Of a DNA stretch of 64,000 nt, positions 1-9,274 are shown piece by piece. Location: NCBI GenBank assembly GCA_013285735.1, contig JABDGZ010000002.1, positions 5,952 through 69,951 on the forward strand. The letters are read 5' to 3'. Origin of the DNA: Candidatus Omnitrophota bacterium. Lineage in GTDB: Bacteria; Omnitrophota; Gorgyraeia; Zapsychrales; Fredricksoniimonadaceae. The translations under genes were made by a program, and so were the position numbers. Positions within the stretch are counted from its first letter, which is position 1. Each line of letters begins with the position of its first letter. Under the pieces are notes generated by a model. The model had not been told where the DNA came from and did not search any database. It worked only from the letters and a program-made list of their open reading frames with translations.

Positions 1-1486
1 TAATTTCAGAATCAATGAGTAATACCTCAGCAACAACCGTTCTTCCTAAATACCCGTTATGGCAATGCTCACAACCATGAGCCTTATAAAGCATTTGATT
101 TTCCTGCATTAAATATTTTTCCTCGTAGGGTTCAAGCATATATTGAATACTAACGAATGAATTTTTACAAAAAGGGCAAAGCTTTCTGACTAATCTTTGG
201 GAAACCACCGCTACCAAACAACTGGAAATATTTACAGCATCCACACCTAAATCTTTTAATCTTAAAATTGCTGAGATTGGATCATTAGTATGCAAGGTCG
301 AGAAAATTTGAAGACCGGTATTAGCCGCACGCATTGATTCTTCGGCTGTCTCCCGATCACGAATTTCACCAATTAAAATCACATTGGGGTCTTGCCGTAA
401 AAACGCCCTGATGGCCATCCCAAAGGTTAAATTTTGTGACTGCTCAACCTCAACTTGGGACATTAACGAATGTGTGATTTCCACCGGGTCTTCAATGGTA
501 AGGATCTTTTTAGAAATCGATTTGATTTGGTTTAATACCGCTGAGAGGGTTGTTGATTTTCCGCTGCCGGTCGGTCCAGTCACTAAAATCAATCCGTGAG
601 GAACAATGATCGCTTGATCGATTAACTTCTGGTTATGTTCTGAATAGCCTAAACTTTCCAAAGGGATGGAGGCCCTGGCCTTATCGAGCAAGCGCAAAAC
701 AATGCTAGGCCCATGGATTGTCGGGACTTGTGAAAATCGAACGTCAACCTTCTTGGCCATTTCTATAAATTCATGATCAAATCTGCCATCCTGTATACCA
801 TAATCACAGGGATTACCCTTACATTTAGTTAAGATAATATTAGCTAGCTTAGGTATATACTCCGGCTTAAGGCAGCTGATCGGTGTTAACAACCCATCAA
901 TTCTAAATCGAATATCCGTCGTTTTACCGGTGGGCTCGATATGAATGTCAGTACTACGGGTAATGATCGCTAAATTAATAATGCCATTAAGCCAGGATGC
1001 TAGCGAATCCATCCCTTCTGATTTCAAAGATTCAATTTCTGAAAGCAATTTTTGCCTGTTTTGATCCAATATAATGACATCCAACGCGTTTCTGACGTCA
1101 CTTTCCGCGCCAATATAAAAATTCACTCCTTTATTACCAAAATAATTCTTAAGAAAATCTGTAACTTCTACATCATCTATAAATGAAACAACGAATGATG
1201 GCGTCCCTCCATTCTTTAATGGAAATATCTGATGCGCGCAAAAATAATCTAAACCTATCTCTTCAATAACACTGTAATCAGGGATATATTCATCTTTAAA
1301 TCGTTTCCATTTAATCTGTTTAGAAAGACAATCGGCTAAATCGTAATCATTGATAAAATTGTGATGTTTTAAAATCGATCCGATACGAATCTTAGGGTTA
1401 GTTTTCTTGTACTCAAGGCAATGATCAAGCTGATCTTGAGTTATTTGCCGTTCTTCAATTAATATTTCACCAATTTTGGCCAACAT
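1..1486 (-). CDS. Type II/IV secretion-family assembly ATPase (GspE/PilB/MshE-like); C-terminal end cut by window edge
   Basis: Absent from the ORF track because it runs off the window. My minus-strand translation from the ATG at 1484-1486 gives MLAKIGEILIEERQ... It contains Walker A HGLILVTGPTGSGKSTTLS (antisense of + ORF 384-599), ILIGEIRD, and the tetracysteine motif LCPFCKNSF...HGCEHCHNGYLGR typical of GspE/PilB. Confidence 0.9.
   Translation of the reverse strand, partial: MLAKIGEILIEERQITQDQLDHCLEYKKTNPKIRIGSILKHHNFINDYDLADCLSKQIKWKRFKDEYIPDYSVIEEIGLDYFCAHQIFPLKNGGTPSFVVSFIDDVEVTDFLKNYFGNKGVNFYIGAESDVRNALDVIILDQNRQKLLSEIESLKSEGMDSLASWLNGIINLAIITRSTDIHIEPTGKTTDIRFRIDGLLTPISCLKPEYIPKLANIILTKCKGNPCDYGIQDGRFDHEFIEMAKKVDVRFSQVPTIHGPSIVLRLLDKARASIPLESLGYSEHNQKLIDQAIIVPHGLILVTGPTGSGKSTTLSAVLNQIKSISKKILTIEDPVEITHSLMSQVEVEQSQNLTFGMAIRAFLRQDPNVILIGEIRDRETAEESMRAANTGLQIFSTLHTNDPISAILRLKDLGVDAVNISSCLVAVVSQRLVRKLCPFCKNSFVSIQYMLEPYEEKYLMQENQMLYKAHGCEHCHNGYLGRTVVAEVLLIDSEI
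1316..1477 (-). other. Tandem MshEN-like motifs at the ATPase N-terminus (candidate c-di-GMP binding site)
   Basis: KIGEILIEERQITQDQLDHCLEYK and RIGSILKHHNFINDYDLADCLSKQ, separated by a ~6-aa spacer. They loosely fit the published 24-residue MshEN pattern RLGxx(L/V/I)(L/V/I)xxG(L/V/I)(L/V/I)xxxxLxxxLxxQ, but the central G is not conserved. Confidence 0.4.
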
Positions 1487-1489
1487 TTA

Positions 1490-2128
1490 TTATTCCGGTT
1501 TATACTCAATGGTTTTAGTTAAATCTTGAGGTGCGCTAAAATGAAGCGTTACGCTAGAATCAGAAATCGACATGACCTGAATACTATCCGTAGGGCTGGT
1601 TTTTTCTTTAACCTGAAAGTTAACACCAGCAATGGAAAGTATTGCCTCTTTTTTGACGCTATCCCCACCGATATACTCAACCTTAATTTCCGGGAAACTA
1701 TTCTTACCATCAACCGTGGTTTCTTTAAAAGCACCCATATTATCCATCTTTAATTTATTAATCTCAGCAAGGGCTTTTTCCTGTTCAAGTTCAAGATTGG
1801 TTTGTTCAAGTTTCATTTTCAAATATTTAGTTTGTTTCTGTTGTTGGCGGTCACTGTCAAGTTGTTCTTGAAGCGTGGTATCATTTTCTTTAGAAGTATC
1901 TAATTCTGACTCCCTTGTAAGCGTCCCATCCAAGGGTTGATTTTGAGTAACCGATTTTACTGAAGTATCTTTATCCGGCCCTATTTGAGAAGCAGGCAAA
2001 GTCTCAACACCTTCAGGTATAGATGAATCTGTTCTGTAAATGACCTTCCATAAAATCACTGCAATTATTAAAACAGTCAGCAGGGAAAGAATGATGATTG
2101 ATTTGACTGACAATTTTTTAAAGTCCAT
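1490..2128 (-). CDS. Pilus-assembly accessory protein, PilP/MshK-like (putative)
   Basis: N-terminal TM helix, a Q/E/K-rich coiled coil, and a C-terminal beta-rich domain (IKVEYIGGDSVKKEAILSIAGVNFQVKEK...VMSISDSSVTLHF). Lies between the PilO-like gene and the ATPase, with an 11-nt overlap with the upstream gene. Confidence 0.4.
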   Translation of the reverse strand: MDFKKLSVKSIIILSLLTVLIIAVILWKVIYRTDSSIPEGVETLPASQIGPDKDTSVKSVTQNQPLDGTLTRESELDTSKENDTTLQEQLDSDRQQQKQTKYLKMKLEQTNLELEQEKALAEINKLKMDNMGAFKETTVDGKNSFPEIKVEYIGGDSVKKEAILSIAGVNFQVKEKTSPTDSIQVMSISDSSVTLHFSAPQDLTKTIEYKPE

Positions 2129-2612
2129 ATACTTCTCCTTTAACTATTAAATTATTGGTATCTTTGTCAATTTCAGAAGCCAAAAAATCTGTGTTTTTCT
2201 CCAATAAATGAATATCGTCTAACACTGCCCCCATATCGGCCTCTTTTGAGAAATTATCGACCACGATCCTAATTTTTAATCCTCTGACACCTCTGTATGC
2301 TGTATCAACATATTGATCGGCAATATCCTTCACATCTTTAGCCCCTTCTAACTGAACATTCATATTTGTTCCGCTATAACTTTCTAATAACCTGATTTGA
2401 TTCATAACCAACCCATATTCTGTTGATAAAAGTACCGGCTCGTGTTCGACTAAAGATTCTTTATCTTTGATTTTCTGTTTCATATCAAGACTGTTGGCTT
2501 CCAACTGTGATTCTTCATCTCTTAAATTGCTGATCTGTACTCCCGTAGACATTCCCAAATTCACTAAAATAATCGACACAATAAAAGAAATAAAAATAAC
2601 TATTTTATTCAT
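2118..2612 (-). CDS. PilO/GspM/MshJ-like pilus-assembly membrane protein (putative)
   Basis: Single N-terminal TM, a coiled coil, then a small alpha/beta C-terminal domain. 4-nt overlap with the upstream gene. Call rests on operon context. Confidence 0.45.
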   Translation of the reverse strand: MNKIVIFISFIVSIILVNLGMSTGVQISNLRDEESQLEANSLDMKQKIKDKESLVEHEPVLLSTEYGLVMNQIRLLESYSGTNMNVQLEGAKDVKDIADQYVDTAYRGVRGLKIRIVVDNFSKEADMGAVLDDIHLLEKNTDFLASEIDKDTNNLIVKGEVYGL

Positions 2613-3796
2613 AGGGTTATGCTCAAATGCTTGCCGGGTTGGTTATTAACAAAAGTGTCTTTAATATCCACATTCTTTAAAATCCTTACTCTAGGAATAG
2701 GATCAAATGGTTCGCCATTATCAGCAGACAGAGATAATTCTAAATTCCAGTTGTCTGATTTAATAAATTTAAATGAATCTACTTCGTAACTTGCAGGGAT
2801 TAAATCAATAACTGCAAGGTAAGCTATCCCATAATTAAGGGATTTATGATTTCTTAGATCCTCCCGATACGTCTCTCTATCTAATAATCTTAATTTTTCA
2901 TCCAATTGCTCATTGACTTGCCGGTCCCAATCACATTGTTTGCTAATTAGCCCCCACTCAATTTTATTAAACAAAAAATAAAATAAACCAACCGCAACTA
3001 CACATAGTGAGCAAATAGTAGTTGTGACACTTTTCTTTAATTCAAAAGCTCTTCGTTTTTTAAGAATTTCCTCTGGCAATACGTACTTGATGGAAGGATT
3101 TATTTCCTTTAAACCATCTAGCGCAGGATAGGTAACATCTAAATATTCAACCGGCAACTTTTCCTCATTCTTTAAAATCTCAGCAGCTAATGCTTGATTA
3201 TTAACCACTATGAGAAATTCCGTACTTAAACGACTTAGATATTCCTCTGTCTTCTTAAAGAAGTCAATTTGAGAACGCTTGATTTCAGGTAAGATATCCT
3301 CGCCATTATTGACAATAACTCTTGTCCGGCTAAACTTTAAACCATCAAAGACTGTCAATAATTTTTCCCTACCAAGATCATCTACAAAAACAATCGTCTT
3401 ATGAAGATCGACTTTTTTATTAACAAGCGTATTGCGAAGTGCAATACCATAAGGAATAAAGGATTCAACCTTTTGAGGCCGTATTAAAGAATATACCTCT
3501 CTTACCTTCTGTTCTTTGATACCTATGACTTGAAATAAATTGTTATCAATCCGCTCATCCTGAATAATATAGGCTTCATGCTGGTAAAGTTCTTTGAACT
3601 TACGCACCAAGATACTATCTTTCTTTTCGATGGGACTTTCCACTGCAGCAGCGATAAGGACATCCACATCAACAACACAAAGATTGACTTTTTCAACGGA
3701 TTCTAGAATTTCTTTAGAATTATTGTCTCTGTTTAGACGACGGACATTGACACCATCGCTAATTAGAATCTCGTTATTAAATAATAAATAGTTCAT
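2609..3796 (-). CDS. PilM-PilN fusion-like (MshI-like) pilus-assembly protein (putative)
   Basis: ~260-aa cytoplasmic N-terminal part, one internal TM (TTTICSLCVVAVGLFYFLF), and a periplasmic coiled-coil/alpha-beta C-terminus. ATGA overlap with the secretin stop. Confidence 0.45.
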   Translation of the reverse strand: MNYLLFNNEILISDGVNVRRLNRDNNSKEILESVEKVNLCVVDVDVLIAAAVESPIEKKDSILVRKFKELYQHEAYIIQDERIDNNLFQVIGIKEQKVREVYSLIRPQKVESFIPYGIALRNTLVNKKVDLHKTIVFVDDLGREKLLTVFDGLKFSRTRVIVNNGEDILPEIKRSQIDFFKKTEEYLSRLSTEFLIVVNNQALAAEILKNEEKLPVEYLDVTYPALDGLKEINPSIKYVLPEEILKKRRAFELKKSVTTTICSLCVVAVGLFYFLFNKIEWGLISKQCDWDRQVNEQLDEKLRLLDRETYREDLRNHKSLNYGIAYLAVIDLIPASYEVDSFKFIKSDNWNLELSLSADNGEPFDPIPRVRILKNVDIKDTFVNNQPGKHLSITL

Positions 3797-5595
3797 ATAT
3801 TCTTAATCACACTTTTAGGCGTAATAATAATCACCAACTCCGTCTTTTGACTTGATCTGGCTTTATATTGAAAAGCATTTCCCAAGAAAGGAATTTTGTC
3901 CAGGTAAGGAATCCCCTGAGCCGAATTATTCTTAGTACTACTAATAAGTCCACCCAAAATCAAGGTCTTATTAGGTTCAACCCCAACATTAGTCGTAATA
4001 CTTTTAGTTGAAACCTGCGGCTCTTGGATAGTCAATCCGTTACCAACAGGAACATTAGTCATGGAATCAAGGGTGTTTACTGCTGCTGAAATATTCAACA
4101 CAGTTTTTTTGTCTTCCATTTTTGCTTCCAATCTCATTGTTAAACCATCCGAAACTTCTGAGGTAGTAACATTAGATTGCGTAACATTATTACCGATGGT
4201 TTGGCCTGTCCCTGAAATGTACGGGATACTGGTCACTTCCTGGATCACAGCTGGGAACATGTTGGAAACCGTGATCGAAGGCCTGCTGACAACATTCACG
4301 TCCCCCATGGAATCCAAAGCTTTAAGCACCATTGATACCCCGCCATTACTTGTTCCGCTTCCAGAATCCGGACCAGTCGCTGATAAGGTTAATAACTGTC
4401 CACTTAAAAATCCTGCTGAAGAAAAATTAGTCGAAGCCGTAATGTTATTAAGCCCTGCAAATTTCTTGGCAATGGTATTCCAATCAATACCGGTTTCATG
4501 ATCAGCCGACAGGGTTACTTCTATGATTTGGATCTCAAAGCTCTGTTGACGGCCTAAACTTTCATTGATTGTCGAAACCAGATCCCCAATTTTGTCTAAT
4601 ACCGCAGGCTTATCTGTCACAATAATGGAGCCGCTGACCTTATTAATAGAGTAGCTGCCAACTTCCGGTGTTATCATCGATTTCACGTTGTTCTCTAAAT
4701 CTGTCCATAGTGAAAGTTTCGGTGAACTATTTTCGTAATAAATCTTTGTCCCCACCTTAACTTGCTGGTTCTGTTGATTTGTTTGAGCGGCACTATTATT
4801 GTTACTAGTATTGTCCGCGAAAGAATCATTCGAAGTCTCATCAGAAAATGATTGGTCAACAGCAGGCATGCTAACATTAAATATCCTGGTCTCTGTTTCT
4901 GTGATGATCAAATCTTCTTGGGAAACCTTGAATCCATATCCAAATTTATAGAGAAGACTTTTCAATGCTCTCCAAACTTCAATATTTTCAAGATTAATGG
5001 ATGTTTTTTGAACATCAATATCTGGAGTTGTAATAACGTTATACCCCGTGACTTCAGAAATAGTAGAAAGGTAAACCTTAAGGGGCAGATCATTACCCTT
5101 TAATGTAATTCTCAAATTTAATGCTGAAGGCAGATTCGGGGATTGACTTTTCGTTTGGCTTACAGATTCTTTCTTCTCTATAATAGATGCAGGTAAAATG
5201 TCCATTTTAACCGCAATTGTTTTATCTTCATTCTTATCTGCAATACTTGTCATCCTATGAATGATTAATTTTGTATAAAAATTATCATTAGCCACACAAC
5301 GCAATACATAATCTTCTCCAGATATACCGCTAATCGTCATTTCTGCAGTTTCCTGGTCAGTGGGCATTAATTCCAAGGTGTCTAATTTTTTATCATTCCT
5401 TTGAATAACGTAAGTGTCTGCGCCAAAACCGCGGATAACAGCATTGATAGGTTCTGGAAAAATCACGGAAGTCATATGATCTTTCTTCACATGCACGTAT
5501 ATTTCATTGCCATCGTATACATAATCTTTTATTTCCGCGTGTGCGATTGACCCAAATAATAAAATGAAAAGAATAATAGGCGTGAATATTTTCAT
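3793..5595 (-). CDS. Secretin (PilQ/MshL/GspD family)
   Basis: Signal peptide MKIFTPIILFILLFGSIAHA. N0/N1-like modules (GSIIVTDKPAVLDKIGDLVSTIN). Canonical secretin C-domain: VVSRPSITVSNMFPAVIQ...LILGGLISSTKNNSAQGIPYLDKIPFLGNAFQYKARSSQKTELVIIITPK. Confidence 0.9.
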   Translation of the reverse strand: MKIFTPIILFILLFGSIAHAEIKDYVYDGNEIYVHVKKDHMTSVIFPEPINAVIRGFGADTYVIQRNDKKLDTLELMPTDQETAEMTISGISGEDYVLRCVANDNFYTKLIIHRMTSIADKNEDKTIAVKMDILPASIIEKKESVSQTKSQSPNLPSALNLRITLKGNDLPLKVYLSTISEVTGYNVITTPDIDVQKTSINLENIEVWRALKSLLYKFGYGFKVSQEDLIITETETRIFNVSMPAVDQSFSDETSNDSFADNTSNNNSAAQTNQQNQQVKVGTKIYYENSSPKLSLWTDLENNVKSMITPEVGSYSINKVSGSIIVTDKPAVLDKIGDLVSTINESLGRQQSFEIQIIEVTLSADHETGIDWNTIAKKFAGLNNITASTNFSSAGFLSGQLLTLSATGPDSGSGTSNGGVSMVLKALDSMGDVNVVSRPSITVSNMFPAVIQEVTSIPYISGTGQTIGNNVTQSNVTTSEVSDGLTMRLEAKMEDKKTVLNISAAVNTLDSMTNVPVGNGLTIQEPQVSTKSITTNVGVEPNKTLILGGLISSTKNNSAQGIPYLDKIPFLGNAFQYKARSSQKTELVIIITPKSVIKNI

Positions 5596-5818
5596 AATTG
5601 ACTCCGTGGGGGGAATTAATTTAATAGTCTTGGGGGGAAGACAAAATCAATGCTACATTGATATTGTTTATTTGTCAACTATTAATTTGATTATTAAACA
5701 AATATTCACTAAACAAAAAACCTCCATCCGACTAAAGAATCGACCGGAAGCTTGCCCAAACTTTATGCTTATGTCATTGTATTATTTTGCCAAAAGGGCG
5801 TGAAATTGTACTATATAA

Positions 5819-6868
5819 TCATGATTGCCATTCTGCCTGAAGCATTGAGGCTAAAAAACCTGCCCCAAAAGAAAAACAGGTGACAGTATCTTGGTCTTGT
5901 AATTGACCCATTAAAATATTCTTTAAAACAAATAGAACCGATGGCGAAGACATATTGCCATATTCTCTCAAAACTTGACGGGAAGGTAACATATCATCAT
6001 TCGAAAGCCCGAGACGATGTTGGATGGCATCTAAAACCTTTTTTCCACCAGAATGAAAGGCATAATGAGCATGCCCCGCCAAAGAGTCCTTATATAGGGA
6101 ATAAATGGCATTGGCCACGATCTCTGGCACCTTGGGAGAAATTACGTTACATAAACGCGCATCAAGGTATTTAAAACGTAACTCATCACGAAATTGGGGC
6201 CACAACAGTGATGAGATATTCTTTATACGCAAACCTACCATTTTAGGCTGATTAGTGAGTAAAACAGCTGCTGCACCATCTGAAAAAATAGAATTTGATA
6301 AGATAAGTTCAGGTTTCTCAGCCCAATGTGTTGCTGCTGAACAAATCTCTGTTGCTATCACCAAAACAGTAGAATCCGGATATCTATTTAAATAGTCGTC
6401 GGCTGCCCGTAAAGCTGGTAATGCGCCCGTACAGCCTAAGCCTACCAAATCCAAGGCATAAATATTTTCCTGCAAACCAAGGCGTTGACTTACATACGTA
6501 CTTAAGCCAGGACAAAGATAACCTGTACAGGTGCATACAAAAATCGCATCAATATCTTGGGGACGATAGTCCCGCTTTTTGAGAAGTTTTTGAGCAGCTT
6601 CGACGGATAAATCTACTGCCCAATGCTCAAAACGTTTCATTTTCTCATCCAGCGATTCAGCCAATAGAATCTGTGGATTGTTCCACGCAAAATACCGACG
6701 ATGAATCCCGTCATCCAATAAAAATTTCTTATAGAGATCTAACGCACGCGTTGATAGCTTCACCTGCTCAGTCAAAACAGCTAAAACTTCCTGCTGTGTC
6801 AGGCTATGCGCAGGATTAGCTGTCTCAACGTCTAGAATAATCGCTTGTGAAGACTGATTGATCGTCAT
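5819..6868 (-). CDS. Type III polyketide synthase (chalcone/stilbene synthase superfamily)
   Basis: IILDVETANP start. Catalytic Cys context FVCTCTGYLCPGLS, His context FHSGGKKVLD, Asn context GNMSSPSVLFVL, and C-terminal FSFGAGF. Confidence 0.85.
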   Translation of the reverse strand: MTINQSSQAIILDVETANPAHSLTQQEVLAVLTEQVKLSTRALDLYKKFLLDDGIHRRYFAWNNPQILLAESLDEKMKRFEHWAVDLSVEAAQKLLKKRDYRPQDIDAIFVCTCTGYLCPGLSTYVSQRLGLQENIYALDLVGLGCTGALPALRAADDYLNRYPDSTVLVIATEICSAATHWAEKPELILSNSIFSDGAAAVLLTNQPKMVGLRIKNISSLLWPQFRDELRFKYLDARLCNVISPKVPEIVANAIYSLYKDSLAGHAHYAFHSGGKKVLDAIQHRLGLSNDDMLPSRQVLREYGNMSSPSVLFVLKNILMGQLQDQDTVTCFSFGAGFLASMLQAEWQS

Positions 6869-7994
6869 GATAAATATCTTCTGTCTTTGAAACCCTTGTT
6901 TTTTGAAAAATAGTTTTTATCAAAAAAAAGCTCAGCACAGGAACGGACATACACCATTCTATAGCCCAAGGGTATTTTAAGAAGCCCTGTGCTATAAATG
7001 CCCAATGCATTTGTTTCTTCAATCTTTTCTGAATTTGTTCAACTTGAACCTTTCTATCTTTTTGGCGACAATCAAATTCATAAGCACAATTCTTAGCAGT
7101 ACTTAAAGCAATGGCCATCCCGTCACCCGTAAAAGACGGAATAACCATACGCTGATCTCCCAGGAAATATACATTTCTATGGCTGCTTTGATCACGCAAG
7201 AATCCATAGGGAATGTGGCTGATGGCACAAACCGGCTCAATAAAATCAGCTTGGTGAAAAACTGCGTCTAATTGGCGATTGGAACGGCGTAAATACGCGA
7301 GAACTGCGTCAAAATTTCCGTTTAAAGCCTTATAAATCTTTTTGTCGATAAGAAAACAGAAGTTCATTGCCTCATCTTCCACCGGGCAAATCCCTCCATA
7401 ACCTCCAGGAAATGAAAATAACGCGGTTGTTTCTTTAAATTCATGACCTTGATCCTTAAAACGGATATGGGTCTTTAAGCCTACATAAGAATTATCTTTT
7501 CCCTCGCGCTTATGCTCTTTGGAATGATCGTGTTTGCCAGTGGCTATAAACAGATAACGCGCATAAAAATCATCGGTGATTGTTTCGATCCTTATCAAAC
7601 CTTCCTCTTCTTGATGATAACTCCTCATGCATATACTTCTAAAAACATCCACCCCCGCATGCCTGGCATTATTCAAAAGTTCTTCATCAAGTTGATAACG
7701 CGACATGCCCCGGCCTGGAAAAGGAAAAGTGAATTCAACTTTCGATCGAGGTGAAGATAATCGAAAATATTTGATAACAGGGATATCATCATCTAAAAAG
7801 ATTCCCATCTCTTTAAGATACCCCAAAGCCTCAAAACTTAAAAACTCCCCACAAACCTTATGGTGCGGCCCGTTGGTTTTCTCCAAAAGAGCAACCTTGT
7901 ATCCAAGATTTATCAGATGGTATGCCGCCGTTGACCCGGCCACTCCCCCACCGACCACTACACATTCATAAAGATTTTTCATAGCGGATACCAT
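6825..7994 (-). CDS. FAD-dependent oxidoreductase/monooxygenase (geranylgeranyl-reductase-like fold)
   Basis: N-terminal dinucleotide fold VVVGGGVAGSTAAYHLINLGYKVALLEK and GD motif YFLGDQRMVIPSFTGDGM. Overlaps both neighbouring genes. Confidence 0.75.
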   Translation of the reverse strand: MVSAMKNLYECVVVGGGVAGSTAAYHLINLGYKVALLEKTNGPHHKVCGEFLSFEALGYLKEMGIFLDDDIPVIKYFRLSSPRSKVEFTFPFPGRGMSRYQLDEELLNNARHAGVDVFRSICMRSYHQEEEGLIRIETITDDFYARYLFIATGKHDHSKEHKREGKDNSYVGLKTHIRFKDQGHEFKETTALFSFPGGYGGICPVEDEAMNFCFLIDKKIYKALNGNFDAVLAYLRRSNRQLDAVFHQADFIEPVCAISHIPYGFLRDQSSHRNVYFLGDQRMVIPSFTGDGMAIALSTAKNCAYEFDCRQKDRKVQVEQIQKRLKKQMHWAFIAQGFLKYPWAIEWCMSVPVLSFFLIKTIFQKTRVSKTEDIYHDDQSVFTSDYSRR

Positions 7995-8676
7995 AACGAA
8001 AATTAGGATACCAGGAAATCTTGATATGGTCTAAATTAAATCCTGCTTGAGTGAGAAGATCAACCCACTCTTGACGTCGAAAACTGCGGGCAACGGATAA
8101 TGGCGCATCATGACAAATCAGCTGGTTAAATCTACACAGGCTATTAAAACATTTAATAAAATAGTACGCAATCATATGCCGATGAAGATCAGAAACAAAC
8201 CACCCAATACGCGCATGATCACTCATCCACTGCGTTAACTTCACGATTTCCTGATTGGTCAGATGATGCATGGTCAGCGAATTAATGATTAAATCGTAAT
8301 CCGCATTTCCATGATCGGAGAATATGTCACCATGAATAAAATTAATATCAGGAGGGCTGATTGTAACTGCTGAAGAAATAATATCAGGATTTAGATCAAT
8401 CCCTGTTAACTCTAAAGAGAAACTCCTGGTACACCCATCATCGTGAATACGTCTAAGGATTTCACCATCCCCGCATCCTATGTCCAAAATCTTTATTTTA
8501 CGATTGGAGCCGTACCGCTTTAAAAAATACGCAACCGCACGCATCGTCGGCCAATAACCAAGAGTATAAACATTGATACTCTTTATTTGTTGATAGGTTT
8601 GTCGCAATGTCCCCGTATCCACCTGAGGATCATCGATGCATTCCTTGGCATGACTGCGATGCTCTAATCGAATCAT
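7966..8676 (-). CDS. Class I SAM-dependent methyltransferase
   Basis: Motif I ILDIGCGDGEIL; post-I acidic residue and LIINSLTMHHL. Confidence 0.8.
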   Translation of the reverse strand: MIRLEHRSHAKECIDDPQVDTGTLRQTYQQIKSINVYTLGYWPTMRAVAYFLKRYGSNRKIKILDIGCGDGEILRRIHDDGCTRSFSLELTGIDLNPDIISSAVTISPPDINFIHGDIFSDHGNADYDLIINSLTMHHLTNQEIVKLTQWMSDHARIGWFVSDLHRHMIAYYFIKCFNSLCRFNQLICHDAPLSVARSFRRQEWVDLLTQAGFNLDHIKISWYPNFRYGIRYEKSL

Positions 8677-8694
8677 CGACCTTCTCCCTGCGCC

Positions 8695-9177
8695 CTACCT
8701 TGTTCTTTGTTCAAGCTCAAGAAGGTATTGTTTCATGGGAATCCCACCGCCATACCCACCAATGGCACCATCAGAAGCAATAACCCGATGACAGGGAACA
8801 ATAATACAGATTGGGTTTTTTCCATTCGCTGTACCTACAGCCCGGACAGCTTTTGGATTCTTAATCTTCCGAGCAATGTCCTTATAAGATACCGTCTTAC
8901 CGTAAGGGATACGGGACAATTCATTCCACACCTTCACCTGAAAATCAGTACCTAAAAATTTAAAGGCAAGATCAAACGTCGTTCTTTTTCCTGCAAAATA
9001 TTCTTCAAGCTGCTTAACAACATTGCTTAATATTTTCTCTGCTGGTTTCTCTCGATCCAGGATTTTGACCAATTTTACTGGCTGCTTCGTGAAAAATATA
9101 CCCTGCAAACCATTAGGTGACGCCACCAGATATAACGGCCTGACCTTTGATTTCATTTCATATTGAACTTTATCCAT
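8695..9177 (-). CDS. ogt: Methylated-DNA--protein-cysteine methyltransferase
   Basis: Active-site IVPCHRVI and the helix-turn-helix region YGKTVSYKDIARKIKNPKAVRAVGTANGKNP. The gene ends in TAG (8695-8697). Confidence 0.9.
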   Translation of the reverse strand: MDKVQYEMKSKVRPLYLVASPNGLQGIFFTKQPVKLVKILDREKPAEKILSNVVKQLEEYFAGKRTTFDLAFKFLGTDFQVKVWNELSRIPYGKTVSYKDIARKIKNPKAVRAVGTANGKNPICIIVPCHRVIASDGAIGGYGGGIPMKQYLLELEQRTR

Positions 9178-9274
9178 TTATTACCCCCTTCTTAATTACA
9201 AAAGAATACACCATTTAAAACAAAAGGCATAGCCATAAATCTTGGCGGTGCCTTTTTAATATAATTCCAGAATA

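Noticed and set aside
384-599. A + strand ORF of 71 aa, plus the many other 60-150-aa ORFs antisense to long genes (for example 4061-4501, 35558-36004, 45328-45783, 48950-49393).
   Set aside because: Each lies fully inside a longer opposite-strand gene that has strong family motifs. For example, 384-599 is the mirror of the ATPase Walker A region. Their sequences are low-complexity or atypical and contain no motifs.
6825-6868. The 44-nt overlap between the flavoprotein and type III PKS ORFs might signal a frameshift or a fused gene.
   Set aside because: Both ORFs are full length relative to their families. The PKS begins shortly before its conserved ...VETANP block, and the flavoprotein has its own C-terminal hydrophobic tail. 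Overlaps are common throughout this window.
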